Shown here one piece after another: positions 57,559-64,000 of a stretch of DNA of 64,000 nt. This DNA comes from an uncultured Thiotrichales bacterium. GTDB lineage: Bacteria > Pseudomonadota > Gammaproteobacteria > UWMA-0217. The notes under the pieces are model-generated. The model was not told the DNA's origin. It ran no database searches and saw only the letters and a list, made by a program, of their open reading frames with translations. The DNA lies in assembly GCA_964620675.1 (NCBI GenBank), contig CAZUJU010000008.1, positions 16,434 through 80,433 on the forward strand, given 5' to 3'. Numbering within the stretch: the stretch's first letter is position 1; the number at the start of each line of letters is the position of its first letter. The position numbers were made by a program, and so were the translations under genes.

Positions 57559-57999
57559 TCAGTCGTAACTGCCCTCGCGTTCGGTTTCCTCATCCTCTTT
57601 GTCTTCCGCTTCCTCCCAGGTATCGTCGCTCTCGTCTGCGACGGCTTCGCGCGCATCGATTAGCGCTTCGATGTCCTCGTCAAACTTCGTATCGTCATCG
57701 ACAATCGACGACGCGTTGGCAATTTCCGCAACCTCTAGAACCTTAAGACCGCTCGGCACAAACCCAGGGCGTGCGGCGTTGAACGCGGCCAGCAGGGCGC
57801 CGGTATCGGCCTCGCCGGCTTTCAGATCGCGGAGTTTGGAGTCGACAATACTGCGTTGATATTCGACGAACTCGGCGCGTACCTGATTGAATAGATACAG
57901 CGTTTTGGGATTTCCCGTATCCAGCTCACGATCCAGAATCACGGGCGAGCTCTTCGCGCCCGCGTCCAAGAATCCATACCAAAGATTTGCTTCGCTCAT
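57559..57999 (-). CDS. Hypothetical protein with extremely acidic C-terminal tail
   Basis: 146-aa ORF with no overlapping alternative of better quality. The N-terminal domain is about 90 aa. 25 of the last 57 residues are Asp/Glu (…DDDTKFDEDIEALIDAREAVADESDDTWEEAEDKEDEETEREGSYD). No family was recognised. Confidence 0.5.
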   Translation of the reverse strand: MSEANLWYGFLDAGAKSSPVILDRELDTGNPKTLYLFNQVRAEFVEYQRSIVDSKLRDLKAGEADTGALLAAFNAARPGFVPSGLKVLEVAEIANASSIVDDDTKFDEDIEALIDAREAVADESDDTWEEAEDKEDEETEREGSYD

Positions 58000-58210
58000 C
58001 GCCTCAAAACCGGTTATTTCCTGTGTGTGAAACCGACGACTCGAGTGTCGGTACAGGGATAATTCTTAGCCGAGATTCGGCCGAAATGGAATAGTCCGAA
58101 AGCTGAAATTTGAGGCTTTGCAGATAAAGCCACACTCCGCGGCGACCGGGGCTTGATGCCGGGCTGCAGGGACACTACGCTTTTGCAGGCGCGATCGGGT
58201 ATGGATGCGT

Positions 58211-59569
58211 CTAGAGAAGAAACAGCGAGGCGAGGCCGAGAAAACTCATGAAGCCGATGACGTCGGTCACGGTTGTCAGAATCACCGCCGCCGAGATCGC
58301 GGGATCGATCCCCGCGCGCTCCAGCAAAAGTGGAATTGCGAGGCCCGCAATGGCGGCTGCGAGTAGATTGATCATGATCGCGGCCGCGATCACGCCGCCG
58401 ATGCCCCAATTCTTAAACCAAAACAAAGCGACCGCCGCGACCACCAGTGCCCAGAGGATGCCATTGGCGATGCCGATCAGGATCTCCTTGCGCAATAGCC
58501 AGACAACGTTACCGCTGACGATCTGACGCAGGGCAAGACCTCGAATCGTCAGGGTCAGCGTCTGGCTTCCGGCAATTCCCCCCATGCTGGCGACGATCGG
58601 CATCAAGATCGCCAACGCGACGATTTTCTCCAGCGCGCCTTCGAACATGCCGATCACCCAAGAAGCCAGCACGGCGGTCATCAAATTGATTCCGAGCCAG
58701 ATCGAACGGCGGCCAGCACTGGTAATCGCCGGTGCGAAAAGGTCTTCGTCTTCGTGCAGGCCGGCCATGTTGAGGAGCGCGCTGTTGGCGCGCTCGCGAA
58801 TGAGGTCGACCACGTCGTCGATGGTGATGCGACCGAGCAAAATGCCGTCATCGCTGACGACGGCCGCCGAGACCAGATCGTGACGCTCGAATAGGTCGGC
58901 GACCTCGTCGGAGGTGGCCGAGCAGACGACGCTATCGTTGCGCGCGATCATCAGTTCCGCCACCGTTTCGTCGAGATCGTGCGTTAACAGCGCAGCGACA
59001 TCGACCTTGCCGAGATATTTACCGTCGCGATTGACGACCATTAATCCGTCGGTATGCGGCGGCAGCTGGCGGCGAAAGCGCAGGTAACGCATGACGACTT
59101 CGACGGTGACATCCGCGCGCACATTCACCACGTCGCGACTCATCAGGCGTCCAGCGGTGTCTTCGTCGAATGTCAGCGAGGTTTCGAGTCGCTCCTGTAT
59201 GTCGCGGCTGAGAGCGCTTTTAAGTGCTTCGCCAATCTCGGACGGCAGCTCGTGGATGACCTCCGCGAGGTCGTCGGTATCCATAATCTCGGCGGCCGCA
59301 ATGAGCTCCTCGGGCTCCATGTCGCGGATGAGAGTATTGCGCACCTCGAGATTGACCGACGCGAGAACGTCCGCGTCCTTGCCCGCCGGCACGCGATGCC
59401 ATACGCGGCTGCGGGTATCGCGCGGCAAGGCTTCGAGCGCGTTGGCGATATCCGCCGGGTGTTGGCGCGCGAGCGTGCGGCGCAAACCCTCATCGTCCTC
59501 GCTGGCCAGCAAGGCGAGAATGCGGTCGAGCAGTGACTCCTCAACCAAAGGGGTTGCGTCGTTTTGCAT
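58211..59569 (-). CDS. mgtE: Magnesium transporter MgtE
   Basis: N-domain, tandem CBS region and the TM domain, with AGLHEDEDLF…GNLLAAAIAGLAIPLLLERAGIDPAISAAVILTTVTDVIGF, are canonical MgtE. Confidence 0.95.
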   Translation of the reverse strand: MQNDATPLVEESLLDRILALLASEDDEGLRRTLARQHPADIANALEALPRDTRSRVWHRVPAGKDADVLASVNLEVRNTLIRDMEPEELIAAAEIMDTDDLAEVIHELPSEIGEALKSALSRDIQERLETSLTFDEDTAGRLMSRDVVNVRADVTVEVVMRYLRFRRQLPPHTDGLMVVNRDGKYLGKVDVAALLTHDLDETVAELMIARNDSVVCSATSDEVADLFERHDLVSAAVVSDDGILLGRITIDDVVDLIRERANSALLNMAGLHEDEDLFAPAITSAGRRSIWLGINLMTAVLASWVIGMFEGALEKIVALAILMPIVASMGGIAGSQTLTLTIRGLALRQIVSGNVVWLLRKEILIGIANGILWALVVAAVALFWFKNWGIGGVIAAAIMINLLAAAIAGLAIPLLLERAGIDPAISAAVILTTVTDVIGFMSFLGLASLFLL

Positions 59570-60257
59570 GAACGATGATTCGGATTTGGCGATGTATGAT
59601 GATGAACGACGGTGCCGTCGTAGCTCGTCAACGAACTTAACATGATGCCACTCGACGATACAGATTCGCGCGCGCAGTACCCCGAATCGTCACCTATGTT
59701 GGCTTGCGTACGCGGGCCTCGATCTGTGCGCCACCGTGGTGGGTGCGTGGCTGGGCCGACAACAGCGCTGCGTCGTTACGCTCCGGGTGTTTCTTTGTGA
59801 ATCCGCGTGACGCGCACTCCGTCCCGCGCGCAACGCGCTGGCGTGAGGCCCGCTTTCGCGCGATCATGTCGAGTCCGGATCGCCTTGAGTGATTCGTGTC
59901 TGCGGCGCGCGAGAAAGCGGCCAAGACCGCATCGGGTCGTGGCGCTTAAGCGCCAAAGCGATAACCCGCTCCGATGGCGTTAGCCGTTAATCGAGGTTTG
60001 CCGCGCAAGGTGAAGCCGGGCGCCTCATCCGTGCGGAGCGGATTGTGCGGGATCAGCCGACTTGTAGGGCGAAGGCCGAGACACCCGAGCTCGCGAGCGT
60101 AGTCCAGAGGTCACCACTCTACGGGGCAAGTTCGGTGGTCATGGCGTTACACCGCACTCGTACTGCGGTCCGGGGGCGGGATGGGGCGGATTTTGACGGC
60201 TGAGCGAGGCGCTCGGATCCTGCCTCGCGAGGCGCGCAACGATTGGGAGGCGCATCG

Positions 60258-61181
60258 GTGCTCAATGAAACTGAAGATGTTTACTGGATGGCGCGTCATC
60301 TCGAACGTGCCGAGGATACCGCGCGCCTGATTCGCGCCGCCTGTGCGATCCTGGAGGACGAAGGGGTATCGATCGAGGAGGGTTGGGAGCAGCTGTTGCA
60401 GATCATGGGGCTGGAAGACGTCGCGGTGCCCGCCGGGGCGTTGGGGCCACTCGAGGTCGTGCACTTGCTGGTTCAGGATCAGACCAATGCCAGCGGCATC
60501 CTGCCGAGCTTACGGCAGAGCACCGAGAATGCGCGTCAAGTCGGTCGCGGGCTGCCCGACGTCGCGCGGGCCGCGCTCGAGCAATTGATGGGCGAAACCG
60601 AGCTGAGTTTACACCGGCAAACGATCGGCGATGACTTCGGCGCGTGGCTTGTCGCGTTGATTGCGCGCTGCGGCGAGCTTTCGCTACGGTTGTCGACTTC
60701 ACTCGACGACGACGGTCACCAACTGTTTTACCGGTTAGGCGCGCTCGTGGAGCGGGTGGATATGACATCGCGGATCGTAGATCTCGCCACCGTTGCCGAG
60801 TCGCCGGATGCACGGCGCGGTGGTTTCGCCGCGTCCAGCGCCTGGGGCCACGTTCTGGACGCGCTCGACGCGCGCGCCATCTACACGGCGACCGGGGAGG
60901 TCGAGATTGCAACCCCGAAGGTGCTGAACTTCATTTTCGACTGTGCGGCGTTTCCGCGCTCGTTGCGCGCGCTGCTGAATGCGCTGGCCAACGTGCTCGA
61001 GCAGCTGTTCGAACCCGCGCGACCGTTGCGCGCATTGAGGCAGGTCGAGCGTCTGCTGAAACGGCACGTCAGCATCAACCACCCTGAATCCCTCCATGAC
61101 CTGATGGATCTGTTGCAGATCCGCATTGCCGAGTTTCATCAAGCGCTGGCCGAACGGTATTTTCAGCCCGTTCCGGCCTGA
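60258..61181 (+). CDS. Alpha-E domain (DUF403) protein
   Basis: The N-terminus …EDVYWMARHLERAEDTARLIRA matches the conserved alpha-E opening (Y-W-x-x-R-Y/H-L-E-R-A-E). GGGAGG lies 8 nt upstream of in-frame GTG 60258. Confidence 0.75.
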   Translation: MLNETEDVYWMARHLERAEDTARLIRAACAILEDEGVSIEEGWEQLLQIMGLEDVAVPAGALGPLEVVHLLVQDQTNASGILPSLRQSTENARQVGRGLPDVARAALEQLMGETELSLHRQTIGDDFGAWLVALIARCGELSLRLSTSLDDDGHQLFYRLGALVERVDMTSRIVDLATVAESPDARRGGFAASSAWGHVLDALDARAIYTATGEVEIATPKVLNFIFDCAAFPRSLRALLNALANVLEQLFEPARPLRALRQVERLLKRHVSINHPESLHDLMDLLQIRIAEFHQALAERYFQPVPA

Positions 61182-61275
61182 TTGCGGCGCGACCGCGCCG
61201 CGCAACGACCAACCTCAGCAACGCCGCCGACAGAAGGCGTTGCCTATCGTGGTGTCCGAGGCGCCGGCGTTTGCT

Positions 61276-61848
61276 TCAGAACTGGATCCGCACGCCAAGA
61301 TGGCCCGCGTCGTCGATCTCATAGGTACTGCCGCCTTCCAGTTTGGTGCTTATGCGGCGGTAGCCCAGAAACGCGGCCGCGTTGGGCAGGAAATTGATTT
61401 CGAAGCGGGCGCCGGTTTCCAGGAAGTTTCGACCATCGCCCCAGGTCGTGATGTTCGGGGCATAGAACACCCGCCCGCCGATCGCCATTGGCCAACGCGC
61501 CGGGATGTGGTGCATCAGTTCGAGGCCGAGCGTCAAGGCGTGAGAATCGGCGTTTGGCTGGTCGATATCGGCGGCAAAAAACTTGATGCCGAGCGCGGCT
61601 GCAAAGGGGTTGTCCGCGGTCGGCGGTGCGCGCGACAGGAGTCCCAGCGAAAGCACCTTGTCCTTGTCGTCATTGATCAGTCCACCCAGGCTGAACTCGG
61701 CGCTTCCAATCCCGACGAACGACGAATCCACGAACAACTCGGCGCCCACCGTGTCGTCGCCGACCGTTACTTCGAGCGTTGCCGACTGCGCGCCAGGCGC
61801 AAGCGCCAACAGGATAGCGCTCGCGCAGAGCGTTTTTATGCGATGCAT
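61276..61848 (-). CDS. YfaZ-like small outer-membrane beta-barrel protein
   Basis: Signal peptide MHRIKTLCASAILLALAPGAQSA, alternating beta-strand pattern, and a terminal aromatic (…GHLGVRIQF). Its length and layout resemble E. coli YfaZ as remembered. GGAGG lies 5 nt before the ATG. Confidence 0.6.
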   Translation of the reverse strand: MHRIKTLCASAILLALAPGAQSATLEVTVGDDTVGAELFVDSSFVGIGSAEFSLGGLINDDKDKVLSLGLLSRAPPTADNPFAAALGIKFFAADIDQPNADSHALTLGLELMHHIPARWPMAIGGRVFYAPNITTWGDGRNFLETGARFEINFLPNAAAFLGYRRISTKLEGGSTYEIDDAGHLGVRIQF

Positions 61849-61884
61849 ATCTTCCTCCGAATTTGAACGTTCTTCGGAAGATAT
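61847..61884 (-). promoter_or_regulatory. Leader hairpin able to sequester the SD and AUG of the yfaZ-like mRNA
   Basis: The minus-strand RNA reads ATATCTTCCGAA-(11-nt loop)-TTCGGAGGAAGATAT-G. This gives 9 bp + 3 bp with a 3-nt bulge. The 3' arm contains GGAGG and the first two bases of the start codon. Confidence 0.35.
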
Positions 61885-61934
61885 TGTGTTAGAAAGGTTA
61901 GCCTTCTACAAGCAGTAGTAGCGTTGCCCGCAGG

Positions 61935-62246
61935 TTATAGTCCTTTTCCGTTGGGCCCCTCGATTTTTTCCGGGGTTTCCAGCAATTGATCGTAGATCTG
62001 TAACGCCGCGTGCCGAAAATACAGCCCCGCCACGAAGAACGTCACCGCGAGCACCCCGAACGCGATATAGGCACCGACATGCTGATGCAGGGCCAATCCC
62101 AGCGCGGGGGCGAGGATCGCGAGGAAGGATTTATCGCTCAGGCTGATCAAGGTGTCGGCGAACTTTTTCTTGACCGCGAGATTCCGATATCGGTAATGAT
62201 CGCCGAGGTGGAGAAATCCGAGATTGAGTGCAGGAAGTTTGCGCAT
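61935..62246 (-). CDS. Hypothetical small membrane protein
   Basis: 103 aa counted from internal ATG 62244-62246, with two predicted TM helices (FLAILAPALGLAL…AYIAFGVLAVTFFVAGLYF). No family was recognised. Confidence 0.45.
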   Translation of the reverse strand: MRKLPALNLGFLHLGDHYRYRNLAVKKKFADTLISLSDKSFLAILAPALGLALHQHVGAYIAFGVLAVTFFVAGLYFRHAALQIYDQLLETPEKIEGPNGKGL

Positions 62247-62493
62247 TGTCGCTCCATGGTTTGTTGTTGTTTCGCGGATCGGTAGGCGGGCTGCGATCCC
62301 GGTGTCCGGGTGAGGGGCCTTGGTGCCACCCGGCATCGTGGTGAATGTCCGCGCGGGATTGCCCGACGATTATCTGATCACTTGCAAGATTAGCGCAAAA
62401 ATGTGCGTTGGATACCAATTTAACGTTTGTTTTCGGAAACGCGCGCGGGTGCGCTTGGAGGCGATCCGAGCCCCGATTGGATCGTGCGGTAAA

Positions 62494-62507
62494 TTGATAC
62501 TGATCAA
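62494..62507. promoter_or_regulatory. Perfect FNR/CRP-family box TTGAT-N4-ATCAA
   Basis: TTGATactgATCAA is centred 47.5 nt upstream of the radical SAM ATG (62548). A TAAAAC -10-like hexamer lies at 62530-62535. Eight of the ten specified bases are A/T in a GC-rich genome. Confidence 0.55.
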
Positions 62508-62547
62508 TGTTCACCTTCCCGACCGGGCGTAAAACTACGGAGTTTTT

Positions 62548-63567
62548 ATGTCCATGGATATTCCCGCCGTGTCCGACTCCGTTTCGGTTCAGCGCCTCTC
62601 CGACGTCGCGCATACCTTCGGCCAATGGCTCAAGGCGCGCCACGGCGAACGGGTGCATAAGATCGCGATCGACGCCGGGTTCACCTGCCCCAATCGCGAT
62701 GGTTCGAAGGGGATCGGCGGTTGCACCTTTTGCAACAATGCTTCCTTTAGCCCTAATGGACGCCGCCCGACCCCGCTCTCCGAGCAGATGAGCACGGGGC
62801 GGCGCGGAATCGGACGGCGCACCGGCGCGCGCAAGTATCTGGCTTACTTCCAGGCCTATACCAATACCTATGCCGACGTTGCAACGCTCAAGGCGCAGTA
62901 TGACGCGGCGCTGCGCTATCCGGGCGTAATTGGCCTCTCGATCGGTACCCGCCCCGATTGCGCGTCGCCCGCAGTGCTCGATCTGTTGGCCGAATATCGC
63001 GCCGCGGGGCACGAGGTCTGGCTCGAACTGGGACTGCAGTCGGCGTTCGACGCATCGCTGGCGCGGGTGAATCGCGGCCACGGTCTGGCGGAATACATCC
63101 AAACCTGCGCCGCCGCGCGGCAGCGTGGCATTCCGGTTTGTACCCACCTGATACTCGGGTTACCGGGCGAGGGTGAGCGGCACTACCGCGAGACCCTGGA
63201 TACGGTATTGGCGTTGGGCGTCGATGGTCTCAAGCTGCATCCCTTGCATGTCGTGAAAGGGACCGAGCTCGCGCGCCAATGGCGGCATGGCGAGTACCAG
63301 CCGATGTCGCGCGAAGGTTATATCGAAAGCGCGGCGGATCTGATCGAACGCACGCCGTGGTCAGTCGTCCTGCACCGAGTGACCGGTACCGCGCCGGCCG
63401 AGTTGCTTCTGGCGCCGAGTTGGTGCACCCAGAAATGGCCGGTCGTCAACGCGCTGGTGGCAACGCTGACCCGGCGCGGCAGTCATCAGGGCAGTCGGGT
63501 CGATATCGCCGGCCAGGCACGCCCGTTCCGCCCCCCACCCGCGAGAGGAAATCGCGCCGATGAGTAA
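62548..63567 (+). CDS. TIGR01212 (YhcC-type) radical SAM protein
   Basis: FTCPNRDGSKGIGGCTFCNN cluster motif and the TIGR01212-like body (YLAYFQAYTNTYA…SIGTRPDC…WLELGLQS…HLILGLPGE…LKLHPLHVVKGT). ACGGAG SD. The 3' end overlaps ubiU by 8 nt. Confidence 0.85.
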   Translation: MSMDIPAVSDSVSVQRLSDVAHTFGQWLKARHGERVHKIAIDAGFTCPNRDGSKGIGGCTFCNNASFSPNGRRPTPLSEQMSTGRRGIGRRTGARKYLAYFQAYTNTYADVATLKAQYDAALRYPGVIGLSIGTRPDCASPAVLDLLAEYRAAGHEVWLELGLQSAFDASLARVNRGHGLAEYIQTCAAARQRGIPVCTHLILGLPGEGERHYRETLDTVLALGVDGLKLHPLHVVKGTELARQWRHGEYQPMSREGYIESAADLIERTPWSVVLHRVTGTAPAELLLAPSWCTQKWPVVNALVATLTRRGSHQGSRVDIAGQARPFRPPPARGNRADE

Positions 63568-64000
63568 CCCGCCCTTGCTCGAATTGATTTGTCCCGCCGG
63601 TAGCCTGCCGGCGCTCAAGGCCGCTATCGACCACGGCGCCGATGGCGTTTACGTCGGGCTGCGCAACCGCACCAACGCGCGCAATTTCAGTGGGCTCAAT
63701 TTCGACGAACGTGCGCTGACCGAGGGCGTTCGTTATGCCCGCGGTCGCGGGCGCAAGGTGTTGCTGGCGCTCAATACCTACCCGCAACCGGCGACCCTGA
63801 AGCAGTGGCACCACGCGGTGGACCAGGCCGCCACGCTCGATCTGGACGCGGTGATCCTCGCCGATCCCGGACTCATGGCCTACGCCGTCAAGCACTATCC
63901 CGATCTGCGTCTGCACCTCTCGGTGCAGGGTTCAGCGACCAACTACGAGGCGATCGCGTTTTACCGCGAGCGCTTCGGGATTCAGCGCGCGGTATTGCCG
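63560..64000 (+). CDS. ubiU: U32-family protein, UbiU-like (O2-independent ubiquinone biosynthesis); partial, runs off the window
   Basis: The translation MSNPPLLELICPAGSLPALKAAIDHGADGVYVGLRNRTNARNFSGLNFDERALTEGVRYARGRGRKVLLALNTYPQ…ILADPGLMAYAVKHYPDLRLHLSVQGSATNYEAIAFY parallels E. coli YhbU/UbiU as remembered. It is not in the ORF track because no stop lies inside the window. Confidence 0.8.
   Translation, partial: MSNPPLLELICPAGSLPALKAAIDHGADGVYVGLRNRTNARNFSGLNFDERALTEGVRYARGRGRKVLLALNTYPQPATLKQWHHAVDQAATLDLDAVILADPGLMAYAVKHYPDLRLHLSVQGSATNYEAIAFYRERFGIQRAVLP

Noticed and set aside
59570-59760. M-box (Mg2+) riboswitch directly upstream of mgtE
   Set aside because: I looked for the conserved GGUGAGGC / CUGCCC / AAGGC elements on the mgtE strand. 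Only a weak AGGTGACGA…CTGCGC resemblance was found, which is not enough to call.
62131-63147. 338-aa minus-strand ORF
   Set aside because: It is antisense to the radical SAM gene, whose Cys cluster motif fixes the frame. Its 5' part also overlaps the intergenic FNR-box region.
1-64000. CRISPR arrays, integrases/transposases, rRNA operons, toxin-antitoxin or recognisable defence-system genes
   Set aside because: None was seen. The only repeat families are the palindromic extragenic elements and the in-frame Gly/Trp repeat reported above.

Overview
This is a GC-rich, densely coding chromosomal window with gammaproteobacterial-type synteny. All family calls come from reading motifs in the supplied translations; no database search was run.

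Most of the window is housekeeping:
- dusA, a phosphoribulokinase gene, nagZ, hpt, mtnP, rlmI-lgt-thyA-folA.
- One long minus-strand run: hemA-prfA-prmC-yceH-like-(unknown)-rsmA-apaG-apaH.
- The lolB-ispE-tRNA-Gln-prs-rplY-pth-ychF-tRNA-Met block, then mgtE.

Accessory or less ordinary content:
1. A TetR-linked SBP56/MtoX methanethiol-oxidase locus with two SCO1+MauG sets, one fused and one split.
2. An olsB-olsA-GT4 lipid operon preceded by four phased Pho-box-like heptamers.
3. A fimU-pilVWXY1E minor-pilin operon with an oversized PilY1 carrying extra EF-hand-like loops.
4. A secreted (GPGWG)n Gly/Trp-repeat protein.
5. A translationally coupled six-gene RDD / SpoIIM-like / DUF4129 / DUF4350 / MoxR / DUF58 cluster directly downstream of apaH.
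6. An 829-bp ORF-free, hairpin-rich insertion splitting apaG from apaH.
7. Palindromic repeat elements flanking mtnP.
8. A perfect FNR-type box in front of a TIGR01212-type radical SAM gene that overlaps ubiU.

No CRISPR array, integrase, transposase or rRNA was seen. The many long ORFs antisense to real genes are treated as GC-content artefacts.
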